Part shown: piece after piece, positions 1-10,160 of the stretch | Position numbering within the stretch: position 1 is the stretch's first letter | Layout: each line of letters starts with the position of its first letter | Source of the DNA: a virus | Lineage: Duplodnaviria; Caudoviricetes | Strand: one strand, 5' to 3' | Virus record (IMG/VR): IMGVR_UViG_3300020048_000009 | Location: 64,001 to 128,000 of that record | DNA: 64,000 nucleotides | Program-made: the position numbers and the translations under genes | The notes under the pieces: model-generated | Database searches by the model: none | The model's input: only the letters and a program-made list of their open reading frames with translations | What the model was told of the DNA's origin: nothing

Positions 1-176
1 GGATCTATTTCTTCTTCACCGGCGTCTAAATCAACATCATCAGTACCAGTGTCAGCAGCAGGATCCATTTCAGTATTTTCTAGATCTTCATCAGCTTCGG
101 ACACAACACCTTTTCTGCCAGTGCTAAAAATTTTCTTGTAAGCATTTGCAATATCATTATCATATTTGGTATACAT
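1..176 (-). CDS. Acidic late protein, N-terminal part (runs off window edge)
   Basis: Hand translation MYTKYDNDIANAYKKIFSTGRKGVVSEADEDLENTEMD...; ATAAATA late-promoter-like box and AAGGAAG RBS upstream on the minus strand; absent from ORF track. Confidence 0.7.
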   Translation of the reverse strand, partial: MYTKYDNDIANAYKKIFSTGRKGVVSEADEDLENTEMDPAADTGTDDVDLDAGEEEID

Positions 177-223
177 ATTCTCTTCCTTTATTAGTTTCGA
201 ATTTATTTTATTTATTAAAAATA

Positions 224-253
224 GTGTATATTTTAGAGGGGCCTTGCTATAAT
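224..253 (+). promoter_or_regulatory. Early-type promoter GTGTAT-N18-TATAAT
   Basis: Matches motif repeated more than 30 times in the window. Confidence 0.7.
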
Positions 254-274
254 TATATTTATAAGGAATTAATT

Positions 275-709
275 ATGTCTATTCAACAATTCAAGAGTAC
301 CGTAGAGTGTCCAACCTGTAAGCATGAGCATAAGGTAGAATGGCCTGGTGATCACGCGCTTTTCCATATGGGGATGCACTACATCTGTGAGAAGTGTCGC
401 TGTGATTTCCATGTAGAGGTACAGATTCAGGGTGTTACTTTCAAAACAACCCGGCATGATCCCCGAGAACAAGACCATTACTTGACGATTGATAAGCTCA
501 ATGGTCGAGCGGATCTCTGGAAGGTATTTCCTTTTCCTAAGAATCTTCTTGCGCCGCTTCGCTGCTTAAACGGAAAGGTCGGTGATGATTCCTGGAGCGG
601 CAACTGTTACATTGAAAGCTTTAAACATATCCCTTGGAGATGGGAATTGATCGGTCCAGACAGCAAAGAAAATCTTGTGGAGAAGGCAAAAGAGTTTAAA
701 CGAAAGTAG
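275..709 (+). CDS. Zn-ribbon-containing hypothetical protein
   Basis: CPTC...CEKC pairs; start at 275 follows AAGGA and a GTGTAT-N18-TATAAT promoter. Confidence 0.75.
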   Translation: MSIQQFKSTVECPTCKHEHKVEWPGDHALFHMGMHYICEKCRCDFHVEVQIQGVTFKTTRHDPREQDHYLTIDKLNGRADLWKVFPFPKNLLAPLRCLNGKVGDDSWSGNCYIESFKHIPWRWELIGPDSKENLVEKAKEFKRK

Positions 710-828
710 ATTTGTATACTGTATAACGTATCCTTTCTAGATATAAAGAAACCTATGGTTTTCATCCCATAGGTTTTTGCCCTCACGATTGGGCCTTTTG
801 GATACAGATACGAATACAATCAGATACA

Positions 829-2295
829 TTACACGAAAGTATCATCATCTTCGTTCATATTAGCTTCTTCTTGCTGTATGTAATCCTCAAGACTACCACT
901 GAATTTGCCGTTATGAACTAACTCATTATACTCTTTTAGGTACTGTTCTTCATCTGAACCTGTTACTTTATAACGAGGTTTGTTATCTACTTTTGGAATT
1001 CTGCTTTCTGCTGCAAACTCTTTTGATTCGCCTTTAAACCATTCCTTTATATACTCTATAAATTTTGAACGTTCAGCAGGGTTGTTAATGTTAAAGACAT
1101 CTGATTTATCTGTAGAAGGTTTGCCATTTTCAAAAACCTGGAATTGAATTTCTGCCATACCGTTATCAGGTTGAAATACTATTTGTATACCTTTTCCACC
1201 TTGCGTAGCGTCAGAATTTTCATAGAAGAATATCTTTATTCTGTTGTCTTTAAACTCTTTCTTGATTTCGTTAGACTGATAACCTTCCTTCTGATCAGTG
1301 AACCAGGTTTCATTCTTAAAGTTAAGCTGCACAGAAATGAATTCATTTAGTTCTGCTGCACTGTTAATGAATGTGGCATCACCTGTTTTTAGAGAACCAT
1401 TACCTTCATTTAGTTTAGCATACTGTTCTCTAGAACGAGCAGAATGGTTTCCTGATATTTCCCTTGCGGCTTTCTCTAATTTATCTTTAGGTATGTTATT
1501 ATATCTTTCATCTTCTTGTGATATTCTAAGTTCTTTTTCATCATCAGTTTCTTCATTTAGATTAATACTTTCAATATCTCTATTGACGTTGATATTACCA
1601 ATCGCTTTATTAACTGAATCTTTCCACTTGGCTAATTCCTGGATAAGTTCCTCTATGTTTGAACAGTCAACAGCGCCTTTATCATAATGTGCAGCGCCAT
1701 CTCTTACATTTAAATAGTCATCAATTGTTCTAGAAATGGTGTACGTATTACCTGGTTGAGTTTCTACCTCTGCGGTAAAAGTAATGTCGCCGTCTTTAGT
1801 ATAGATCTTGATTCCATAGGGTTCATCTTCTTCCATCGTCCAGTCTGAATCAAAGATATCAGCTTCATCGATCGCTCTGTATAGCTGTGCAATGTCTGAT
1901 TCGTCAGTTACTTCTTCAGGGATAGTACCAAACTCCTCACAGATGAATCCGCCCTTACCATATGTAAAGGTAATAGAATAAGGATACTGCGTTGTAACAG
2001 ATTCAGTTACAGGTTCAGGCGTCGCAGATTTCTTAGAAGTGAACAGTGGCTGGTGATTTAAAAAGTAAAAATCATAAACAAAGTCTTGAGTTACTTTTTT
2101 AGTAAGGGTATTGATATGTTTAGCATAACCCTTGTTTAGAAGTTTTGTTTTTAATTTCTTGGATTTAGATTCAGTAATTAAACTTTCAAATACCTCATCC
2201 ATTTCCTTGATGCTTAAAACTTTTTTGGATTTGATAAGAGGTGAAAATACTGATTCTAATATTGAATATTCTAAAAGATCTTGATTTGTAATCAT
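829..2295 (-). CDS. Large acidic late protein, possibly virion-associated
   Basis: Long ORF; GATAAATA box inside a CCGTTTT/AAAACGG hairpin just upstream of ATG 2295; no family recognised. Confidence 0.7.
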   Translation of the reverse strand: MITNQDLLEYSILESVFSPLIKSKKVLSIKEMDEVFESLITESKSKKLKTKLLNKGYAKHINTLTKKVTQDFVYDFYFLNHQPLFTSKKSATPEPVTESVTTQYPYSITFTYGKGGFICEEFGTIPEEVTDESDIAQLYRAIDEADIFDSDWTMEEDEPYGIKIYTKDGDITFTAEVETQPGNTYTISRTIDDYLNVRDGAAHYDKGAVDCSNIEELIQELAKWKDSVNKAIGNINVNRDIESINLNEETDDEKELRISQEDERYNNIPKDKLEKAAREISGNHSARSREQYAKLNEGNGSLKTGDATFINSAAELNEFISVQLNFKNETWFTDQKEGYQSNEIKKEFKDNRIKIFFYENSDATQGGKGIQIVFQPDNGMAEIQFQVFENGKPSTDKSDVFNINNPAERSKFIEYIKEWFKGESKEFAAESRIPKVDNKPRYKVTGSDEEQYLKEYNELVHNGKFSGSLEDYIQQEEANMNEDDDTFV

Positions 2296-2800
2296 ATGTG
2301 TATATCCCGTTTTTATTTTATTTATCACAAAACGGTATACAAATCAAGATCTTTATATTAATCCGGCAGTGAAGTAGAATCAGTATTAATTATTTCATCT
2401 TCTATGCGCAGGGTAACTTCAACCGACCTGCACCAAATACTCACCTCAACCTTAAGGTTTTCTTTTAGATATCTCTTTATTTCTTCTTTATCCATTTTAC
2501 TCCGTTCAGGTTGATAGTATTATCGCAGTCCCAATTGTGAATACGATAAATCCTACAATACCGCAAATAGCTTCTTTCATGTTTACTCCTTAGAACAACA
2601 CACATCCTGTCCAGATTGCAAGGCCGGCAAAAAAGATGATACCAATAATCTGCTGCCAATCATCGAGGCGGGGATCAGGCGTCATGATGCAAGAAAACAT
2701 TTTGAAGAGGAAGAGAATGAACATTGTAATCAGATATGCTTTCATTTGGATGCTCCTTGTTTGATTGTTATAATATTATTATAACGTAATTTCTAAAAAA

Positions 2801-2998
2801 TTACACCTCTTCTGACAGTGTTTTTAAAAATTCTTTTTGATCTCTTGCTTTGTCGCGGCGCCGCAAATCTCTCTTTAAATTGGCATCACGGTTACGGGTG
2901 TTATCTGAACGTATACCACTTCCTAGAAAAATGTTTGGCGGCAAGCCTTTATTGCGAATAGCTCGACACGCTTTTTTATGCCGGTGTGTGTTACTCAT
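2801..2998 (-). CDS. Small basic hypothetical protein
   Basis: Arg/Lys-rich, overlaps upstream ORF. Confidence 0.6.
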   Translation of the reverse strand: MSNTHRHKKACRAIRNKGLPPNIFLGSGIRSDNTRNRDANLKRDLRRRDKARDQKEFLKTLSEEV

Positions 2999-3188
2999 CT
3001 TGCTTCAATTCTTTCTGTAAGGAGCGTTTATCGATTGCCCGTGCACGACGATGTGAGATTTTGAGATTCTCACGCTTGTTCTGTTGTGAGCTTCGACCAT
3101 TCATTCTCCAGGGTTTAGCTCGATAGGATTTATTATTTTCGCCCCAACAGCGCTTAGACTCAATATCGATAGTATCATTCTGTTTCAT
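2991..3188 (-). CDS. Small basic hypothetical protein
   Basis: Arg/Lys-rich, co-oriented run. Confidence 0.6.
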   Translation of the reverse strand: MKQNDTIDIESKRCWGENNKSYRAKPWRMNGRSSQQNKRENLKISHRRARAIDKRSLQKELKQDE

Positions 3189-3214
3189 AATTTCCTAGAA
3201 TTTTGGTGTACAAA

Positions 3215-3460
3215 TTATTCTACTTGAAGTCTTTCAACTATGCCATTTCCAAGACATACTCCACATTCAAAAATATCTCCACCACATCCATCTTGACCAG
3301 ATCCATCACATTGGGGACAGGTAATAGCCTTCCACTTTTTAAATCCCTGTTCTTTAATACATTCACCGCATGGACGTTCTTCTTTTGTTGGATCAAAGTT
3401 TGAAATTGGTGCTCCATGATAATAGCAGGTAAGACAGGATTTTTGTACAATTTGTGCCAT
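3215..3460 (-). CDS. Cys-rich protein with DnaJ-type CxxCxGxG motifs
   Basis: CPQCDGSG, CGVCLGNG; AAGGAG RBS and early promoter upstream. Confidence 0.7.
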   Translation of the reverse strand: MAQIVQKSCLTCYYHGAPISNFDPTKEERPCGECIKEQGFKKWKAITCPQCDGSGQDGCGGDIFECGVCLGNGIVERLQVE

Positions 3461-3671
3461 AAAGTGCTCCTTGCTGCAACTTGTTATACTTATATATTAG
3501 CAAATGTTCTTAGAAAAGTATACCTAATATAATAAAAAAACGTGAACCAATCGCTTGATCCACGTTAAAAGGAATACGGACAGTTTACTTCCGCTTAATT
3601 TTATTTATCATTTCACAATAAAAAAATGATAATCAGTGTACAAAAAGTTCTAAGTTCTTTTAAATCATATA

Positions 3672-3863
3672 TTAATATCTTCGCCTGTGATGGCTGTCCT
3701 CATGGATATTGTACTCGTCATCATCCTTATCCCATCCTTCTCGGTGCTGGGATTCCCACTGGCCAAAGCTAAAGCGATCCTTATTCTTTGGTATGTTCTT
3801 TTTGCGAAGTGTAGCAGCTCTCTTATCTGAGCTGTCTGTCTCTTTGTGAATTGATTTGCTCAT
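3672..3863 (-). CDS. Hypothetical protein
   Basis: Follows minus-strand GTATAT-type promoter near 3930. Confidence 0.55.
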   Translation of the reverse strand: MSKSIHKETDSSDKRAATLRKKNIPKNKDRFSFGQWESQHREGWDKDDDEYNIHEDSHHRRRY

Positions 3864-4097
3864 GTTTTTATTTATTCGTTGTTCATTGAATACTTATATA
3901 TTATACTCTTATTTTAGAATAATATACTGGAATTAATCTGTTTTTATTAATTATTTTTCTCTAGAATATAAAAAATTGCAGTGTACATATAGTGATATTC
4001 GATGCAAGATTCTAATTACTTTTTTATGAATATCGGTGTACTTCCTAAGCAATACATCATATGATATTACTTTAAACAAAACACGAGGAGACTTTAT

Positions 4098-4376
4098 ATG
4101 ATTAAGTTACAAACGCCTATGGGTGATCTTTCGATTCCAATCGCACTGCTGAAGGATGGACAAACAGCAGTGATTACAAAATATGCAAACGGGTGTATGT
4201 ATAATGGACATATTATTATGCGTATGGGAAAGCATCTGATTAATATCACAAGTTGTGATTGGTGGTCTGATGCTTATTCTATTGGAACTTTTAACCGTGA
4301 TAACGATAATATCAATTATCGGTGTGAAGTTCTCCCCAATGGCACCACCCTTGTTGTATCTCAGCCGGAAGCATAA
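4098..4376 (+). CDS. Hypothetical protein
   Basis: GAGGAG RBS; GTGTAC-N18-TATGAT promoter upstream. Confidence 0.7.
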   Translation: MIKLQTPMGDLSIPIALLKDGQTAVITKYANGCMYNGHIIMRMGKHLINITSCDWWSDAYSIGTFNRDNDNINYRCEVLPNGTTLVVSQPEA

Positions 4377-4381
4377 GCTAT

Positions 4382-4777
4382 ATGCAAACACTACACAATT
4401 GGATGTTATCATGGGGGTTTGATTTAGAAAAATCATTACTCCCTATTGGGCAATGTGATCAGCTGTCTTTCAATACACTATTATATACATCGCCTATTGA
4501 TGATTTAGTAGTTAACTTTGATGATAACACGCTTAGCATTCGCTTCAATGATTACTATATATCACTATATAGTAATAATGTCGGTACCTTAATTATAACC
4601 ATCGAAAATCCCCAGGATGGTGTTAATAAGATTTCTACGTATGCCATCACGCGGAAATTAAACGGCGAGTATTTCACCCTGGTCAATCATAAGAATCGCA
4701 ATAAGATTGACGACAAATATGTTGAAACTTTCACCTGGAGAGATTCTAAGAATAATCTTGAAATAATTAATACCTAA
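4382..4777 (+). CDS. Hypothetical protein
   Basis: Co-oriented ORF. Confidence 0.6.
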   Translation: MQTLHNWMLSWGFDLEKSLLPIGQCDQLSFNTLLYTSPIDDLVVNFDDNTLSIRFNDYYISLYSNNVGTLIITIENPQDGVNKISTYAITRKLNGEYFTLVNHKNRNKIDDKYVETFTWRDSKNNLEIINT

Positions 4778-4788
4778 CAGTGTACGTT

Positions 4789-5187
4789 ATGAAATTAACA
4801 GAACGAGAACAGAAAACATTAAACACTATTATTCGCTGCGGTGATATGATAGGTGTTACAAGAGGTGTTACAAGCTTTACTTTTAGATGGGCAAAGGAGA
4901 ATGTAACTGAACCTTGTCCTATCTGGAAGGATATTCGAGGATTGATTCGAAAGGATAAAGTGTTTGGTCTTCCTTTCAGTGCTCTTGGAATTCCTGGTAC
5001 ACATGTGTTTGTAACTAATTATGATCGATTCCTTATTGATACTTGGAATTATCATCCTAGATATATTAAATGGCTGCGTGAACATAATCGAACAGAAGAT
5101 CTTTGTAATGAATTTGAAGCTGTTATTATTGAAGAACATGGTTTAGAATGGTCTAAACAAATTAATTCAATGGAATATAAAGCTTAG
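4789..5187 (+). CDS. Hypothetical protein
   Basis: Co-oriented ORF. Confidence 0.6.
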   Translation: MKLTEREQKTLNTIIRCGDMIGVTRGVTSFTFRWAKENVTEPCPIWKDIRGLIRKDKVFGLPFSALGIPGTHVFVTNYDRFLIDTWNYHPRYIKWLREHNRTEDLCNEFEAVIIEEHGLEWSKQINSMEYKA

Positions 5188-5199
5188 GTGTACATTAGC

Positions 5200-5373
5200 A
5201 TGATCTATAAAAACATACACGATGCGAGAGAAGCGCAGCATAAATTCCATGAGGAGTATGAAGCACTTTTAGAAAAATATGGTGCAAGTTTCTGGGAAAA
5301 TGATGATTGCGCTGGTTCGGGCTATTCCTTTCAATATCGAGATAATAAAGGAAATGTTCAAACTTTAGAATAA
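5200..5373 (+). CDS. Hypothetical protein
   Basis: Co-oriented ORF. Confidence 0.5.
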   Translation: MIYKNIHDAREAQHKFHEEYEALLEKYGASFWENDDCAGSGYSFQYRDNKGNVQTLE

Positions 5374-5378
5374 GTTAG

Positions 5379-5445
5379 GTGTATTTTTCCTAATTCATCT
5401 GTTAATATATAAGTATAACAAATCAACAACCAAGGAGTATTATTA
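5379..5445 (+). promoter_or_regulatory. Early-type promoter plus conserved A-rich leader TATAAGTATAACAAATCAACAA..AAGGAG
   Basis: Similar promoter+leader recurs near 9764, 10067, 11561, 13913, 15863 and on the minus strand near 3480-3525. Confidence 0.75.
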
Positions 5446-6746
5446 TGAAACAAATTATTATCATATCAGTTATAGCTGCCAGTTGTCTTTTATATGGAGC
5501 GATAGTTGTTAACGGTCTGATTAAGATTAAAGATACTAAGAGTACTACAGAAACCATAGTAACAGATACCGTTCAATTAAAGAAATTGGAGCTAGATACC
5601 AAAGAAAAAGAGCAGCAACTAATTCAGTTGGAACTAAATAATAAATACGCCGATTTAGAAAAGGAAAAGATTAAAAAAGACCAAGAAGAGTTAGAATATA
5701 ATTTAATGGTAGAAAAGAGGAAACAGTCCGAAGAAACGCTTAAACGAGAAACCGAAGAAATTGTTGATGCTCGAAATAACGTAAGTGTTTTGTTTGCTGA
5801 TCTATATAACAGAGCAGGAAAATTAAAAATACAAATTCCTATATTGATTGATGAATTGACTTCTATAAATAGAGATATTCCTATTCTATTAGATAGAGTA
5901 TCTGAATATAAAAATACGATTGTTACTAATTCATACACTGTATTAGATGGGCGAGCAAGAATTGATTATACTAAGAAATATACTAGAACTCCTATGGAAT
6001 TTGTCGAAGTATTGAAGAAAGATAGAATAATATTGTCTATATTGATTAGGTATGATAACGTCTTATTTAAACATGAATTAGACAAATTTGTAAGAAATTT
6101 AGAATTTGAGAATAATAGGTTGAAAACGTCGTTTGCATTATTGGCAAGAAGTCGAAACATATATGGAAATAAATTATCAGATGCTAACACTTCTACAGAC
6201 GATATTAATAAGGCGTTTGAGAAAGAATTAGAAAAAATTAACAAGAGGATTGAATTTCTAAAGTTTAGATTGAGTACATTGGATGTGTCTTCAAATAATA
6301 AGGAAGCTAAAGAACAATTAAAGCGAGAAATTCAAGATGAATTAGGACACTCTGAATCTTCAGGTTTATATGCCGAAAAGAAGCGGCTTGAACAGATGTC
6401 AAAGTTGTCTGTTAACACTGCACAACATGCTGATGCATCATCTAGTGGTATATGTTCTAACTTTGATCTTCAGGAAAAGAACTTACGAGATGAATATGAA
6501 TCTAATGTTAAGAAATGTTTTGATGATATAGAACGATCTTTGTTGATGACATTGTATGTTAAGAAAGAAAATACTGAACAAATGTTAAAACATTCTAAGG
6601 ATGCTTTAGATTCTATACAGAATATTATTAGTAATTATTCTAATAAGAGTATTGATAATAAATCATTGTTAAAGATGAATAGTAAGTTTAAAGAGTTTAA
6701 AACGAATGAATTAGATGTATGTTTAGATACTGTATATAAAAAGTAA
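5445..6746 (+). CDS. Membrane-anchored coiled-coil protein
   Basis: Hydrophobic N-terminus, long E/K-rich helical body. Confidence 0.7.
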   Translation: MKQIIIISVIAASCLLYGAIVVNGLIKIKDTKSTTETIVTDTVQLKKLELDTKEKEQQLIQLELNNKYADLEKEKIKKDQEELEYNLMVEKRKQSEETLKRETEEIVDARNNVSVLFADLYNRAGKLKIQIPILIDELTSINRDIPILLDRVSEYKNTIVTNSYTVLDGRARIDYTKKYTRTPMEFVEVLKKDRIILSILIRYDNVLFKHELDKFVRNLEFENNRLKTSFALLARSRNIYGNKLSDANTSTDDINKAFEKELEKINKRIEFLKFRLSTLDVSSNNKEAKEQLKREIQDELGHSESSGLYAEKKRLEQMSKLSVNTAQHADASSSGICSNFDLQEKNLRDEYESNVKKCFDDIERSLLMTLYVKKENTEQMLKHSKDALDSIQNIISNYSNKSIDNKSLLKMNSKFKEFKTNELDVCLDTVYKK

Positions 6747-6760
6747 AGGAAATAAATTAA

Positions 6761-7687
6761 ATGAAAAGATTAATTACTATATGTTTTTATATGACATGTT
6801 TATCATGTATTGGAATTGATTCTACTAATATAGTAGAGCTTCCTCAACAGAATAGAATATGGACCGCCACTGATGGAAATACCATAATGGCATATTATAG
6901 AGAATATAAAGATGCCGAAGATGTTGTATATTTTTTAAGAAAAGAAAAAGATAATTATAAGACAATTAGCATAAAATTTGATAAATTGATTTTAAAAGAT
7001 AGAAAAATTATATTTGATTATAATACAAATATAAAAAATAAAATAGAAAAGAAAGAACAAGAGATTGCTGATAATTTACAAAAAGAAAAAGAAGAAGAAT
7101 GTCGCTTAAAATTAATAGAAAAATATAAAAATATAAATTCTATAATTGGTAAATATAATATTCTATTAACAAACAGAACATTTAGTGTATACCATTATTA
7201 TTCGGGTAAAGATAGCACATTATATAATTCATTCTATATTAAAAGAATAGTAGAATTTAGGGATATAATAACTCAAATTAATGATGAAGCTAAAAGGCTA
7301 AATTTAATACAATATGATTTTGAAAATAAATCATTAGAACCAATTAATGAAGTTATATATTTATTTTGTATGACGTATTTTAAAAAAGGAAATGTATTAT
7401 CAATAACTAAAGATGGGGTATTATTTAAAAATAAAGATGAAATATTTCATATAATAAATCTTGAAAATCAAAATCATTTAGTTGATGGATCATATTTAGA
7501 TGGAATTTTTTGTTATGTTGATGGAAGATACCAATATGCTTCAGCAGATAATTCTTTAAAAACCGTAAGACAATATAAAGCGCTTTATCCTTATAAATAT
7601 TCAGTTGAAAATAAACAATTTATTGATATAGATATTATACCATTTAAGCAAATATTTCAAACATTGAAACCATTAGTACTATTTTAA
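6761..7687 (+). CDS. Exported protein with SHD1-like domain
   Basis: Signal-like N-terminus; RIWTATDGNTIMAY...ISIKFDKLILKDRKII resembles the RTWTxxxGxxIEA...LSxxDxxYI pattern. Confidence 0.55.
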   Translation: MKRLITICFYMTCLSCIGIDSTNIVELPQQNRIWTATDGNTIMAYYREYKDAEDVVYFLRKEKDNYKTISIKFDKLILKDRKIIFDYNTNIKNKIEKKEQEIADNLQKEKEEECRLKLIEKYKNINSIIGKYNILLTNRTFSVYHYYSGKDSTLYNSFYIKRIVEFRDIITQINDEAKRLNLIQYDFENKSLEPINEVIYLFCMTYFKKGNVLSITKDGVLFKNKDEIFHIINLENQNHLVDGSYLDGIFCYVDGRYQYASADNSLKTVRQYKALYPYKYSVENKQFIDIDIIPFKQIFQTLKPLVLF

Positions 7688-7720
7688 AAGTGTAGCTGAA
7701 ATAGTATAATATATTCTTTT

Positions 7721-7844
7721 ATAGGGACAGATGGTTGGTGCCATTTGGCATATTTATTCATATAATATGTCTAACCTATTTATATTTTTGATAAATAAAA
7801 TAGAGGTTACACCAATAACCTCTTTAAAATAAAGGTAAAACAAT
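7721..7844 (+). ncRNA. Endonuclease-leader structured RNA, copy 1
   Basis: Three-way junction plus downstream hairpin; loops TTGGTG (7735-7740) and CACCAA (7810-7815) are complementary. Confidence 0.7.
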
Positions 7845-8699
7845 ATGATTAATGAATTAAATACTATACATAAATTATGTGATTGTGGCTGTGGTAAAGA
7901 AGTTTCTATAAATAGAGATACCAAAAAGCCTAATAAAGTTATTAGGGGACATACATCAATAGCGATTAGAAAGAAATTAGCAGAATCGCATACTGGGAAA
8001 AAATTCTCAGAAGAACATAAAACAAATTTAGCACTTTCACATAAATGTAAAGAAACACAACAAAAGCTAAAAGATACCAATATAAAAAAATATGGTGTCG
8101 AAAGCCCAATGCAATCGCCTATTCTTAGAGAGAATCATAAAAAGGCATGTTTAAAAAACCTAGGATATAATACACCACGAGAATCCGCTCTGGTTAAAGA
8201 AAAGCATAATAAAACATGTATAGAGAAGTATGGGGTAGATAATTGGGCTAAATCAATAGATGGTCGCAAATTTGCTAGGGTTAATAGAATAAAGGTAATT
8301 GAAGTTCAGAAACTAAATGGTGAGCCTTTAAGCCCATGTATAGGTATAAAAGAAAGAGAATGCTTAAATGAATTACAACCCCATATTTCATTTAATATCA
8401 TTAGGAACGATCACTCCTTTAAAAAATTAACTGGAAGATTTCCAGATGGTCATATCAAAGAACTTAAATTATTTATACAATTTGATGAGCGGCACCATTT
8501 CATAGATAAAGAAATGTTAATATATAAAGAACAAGATATTCGATGTACTAAAGATTTAGAATCAATACCTGGTTATACGGTTTTTAGAATTTCAGAAAGA
8601 GAATGGTTAGACAATAAACAAAAGGTTATAATAGATTTTAAAAATATATGTAAACAGTGTACATTACCACAAAGCATGTCTGAAAATAATTTTAACTAA
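7845..8699 (+). mobile_element. Putative homing endonuclease (NUMOD3-like + KYGV repeats + PD-(D/E)xK/DUF559-like domain)
   Basis: CDCGCG; SHTGKKFSEEHKTNL; KKYGVESP/EKYGVDNW; FPDGHI..LFIQFDERHH..GYTVFRISEREW; GATAAATA upstream. Confidence 0.7.
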
Positions 8700-8777
8700 A
8701 TTTAGATTTGCGGTGTATTAACAACGACGTTTAAGGTAATATAGTATTATCTTAATTAAACAAAGGAGCAACAACTG

Positions 8778-8909
8778 ATGAAGACCGTGACCAATGGAAA
8801 AGAGATCAAGCGAGCAACCGATGCGCAAGCAACCAAGCTCGTTGATAAGCAGGGTTGGAAGTATTGTTCGAAAGAACTGTGGAAAAAAGAAGTTCGTGAT
8901 GTAAAGTAA
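8778..8909 (+). CDS. 43-aa hypothetical protein
   Basis: AAGGAG RBS after a GTGTAT promoter; MKTVTNGKEIKRATDAQATKLVDKQGWKYCSKELWKKEVRDVK. Confidence 0.6.
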   Translation: MKTVTNGKEIKRATDAQATKLVDKQGWKYCSKELWKKEVRDVK

Positions 8910-8932
8910 ACAAATCAAACAAGGAAAAAATT

Positions 8933-9547
8933 ATGAGCAAAGTATTCAAGTTGGACAAGGCTGGGCGTGACACATTGTTACAGGCGGTGGCGGCAAAATT
9001 CGCGGCAACATCTGCGTGGCCGATCAAGGAGTCAGATCGCAAGGAAAATTACGTTTTCCTGGATCCGGTTATGGGCATGAAGGCATACAATGAAGGCGTC
9101 CGCTTCTGTGTGCAGTCGTCAGCGAAGACCGTCAATGTCTGCCTGGAAGTTTATTCCCGCAAGGAGGATGAAGCCAAGCAGCACGCGTTCGCCGCTCGTT
9201 TGCAAGAAGTGTTTGCGGACAAGGTTGAAGTTGCAGGCCTCAAGATGGAGTGGAAGGTTATCTATAAGGGTGGATTGCTCCGCGTTGCAATTCCCGCCAA
9301 CAAGACGGATGACGAAATGGTGACCATCATGTCTGACTTCAAGGCCGCTTTGATTGCCGAGTATAACGGCTTCTTCGCTGAGCTGGCCGCATCTGCTGAT
9401 GATACACCCATCACACCTGTGCCTGAGCAAGCTCCCGTTGAAGAGGTAGCTGCTCCTGCCGAAGGTGCACCGGCCGCTGATCAGGTGATTGAAGATGAAG
9501 CGCCTGCTGCGCCGCCCGTTGTTGAAGAGGAAGTTGACTTGGCATAA
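8933..9547 (+). CDS. Hypothetical protein with acidic Ala/Pro tail, GC-rich codons
   Basis: AAGGA RBS; terminator follows. Confidence 0.8.
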   Translation: MSKVFKLDKAGRDTLLQAVAAKFAATSAWPIKESDRKENYVFLDPVMGMKAYNEGVRFCVQSSAKTVNVCLEVYSRKEDEAKQHAFAARLQEVFADKVEVAGLKMEWKVIYKGGLLRVAIPANKTDDEMVTIMSDFKAALIAEYNGFFAELAASADDTPITPVPEQAPVEEVAAPAEGAPAADQVIEDEAPAAPPVVEEEVDLA

Positions 9548-9568
9548 GCAAGTGAAATGGTCTTCGAG

Positions 9569-9598
9569 AAGGGTGTGTAGCAATACACACCTTTTTTA
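9569..9598 (+). terminator. Intrinsic terminator
   Basis: AAGGGTGTGTA gcaa TACACACCTT followed by T-run. Confidence 0.75.
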
Positions 9599-9644
9599 TT
9601 TTCTATAGGTGTATATCATCTAAAGCTTTTGTTATTATTAATAT

Positions 9645-9776
9645 ATGAAAGCAAAGAAAAAGAAACCTGTTATGAAATCGATTAGAAAGTCTTGGGGGAT
9701 CCGACCTGTAACAAAGGTAAAGGAATCTAAGAAAATCTATAAGCGGGATAATAAAAATCCGCAGTGTATTTATTAG
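9645..9776 (+). CDS. Small basic protein (RKSWGIRPVTKVKESKKIYKR)
   Basis: Hand-translated, after promoter. Confidence 0.55.
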   Translation: MKAKKKKPVMKSIRKSWGIRPVTKVKESKKIYKRDNKNPQCIY

Positions 9777-9903
9777 AATAGTTTTGGCATTATATAAGTA
9801 TAACAAATCAAACAAGGAGCACGTTATGAATGGTCAAGACTGGGATGATGATGGAATCTGGTGGGGACGTGGTGATTGGTCAAGTTACTAAGGAGAACAA
9901 GTT

Positions 9904-10053
9904 ATGAGAATCTATGGAATCTTCGCATACTTTTTTCCAAAGCGCAAGTATATGTGCCTTGGTTGTGGTGTACATGGAGAAATGGATCAGATTAAGGATC
10001 CTGCCATGAAGTGTCCCAAGTGTGGACATTGGACTGTAAAGTTTTTAAATTAA
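9904..10053 (+). CDS. Small Zn-ribbon protein
   Basis: CLGC...CPKCG; AAGGAG RBS. Confidence 0.55.
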   Translation: MRIYGIFAYFFPKRKYMCLGCGVHGEMDQIKDPAMKCPKCGHWTVKFLN

Positions 10054-10160
10054 AATTAAAACTTCGGTGTATTATCTTCAAACTATCTGTTATATTAATA
10101 GTATAACAAATCAACAACAGATGTTAATCAAAACATCTCATTAAGAAAGAGAACAAAAAC

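Noticed and set aside
1144-1687. Plus-strand ORFs inside the 829-2295 gene, and the many antisense ORFs in the track (e.g. 4107, 5624, 9119, 16787, 23465, 45310, 58765)
   Set aside because: They are shadows of longer co-oriented genes and lack RBS or promoter support.
7721-7844. Assignment of the leader RNA to pistol, twister, HDV/theta or hammerhead ribozymes
   Set aside because: Partial resemblances (pistol-like P1 loop, CUAA like HDV J4/2) but strand order and core residues do not fit; no CUGANGA/GAAA.
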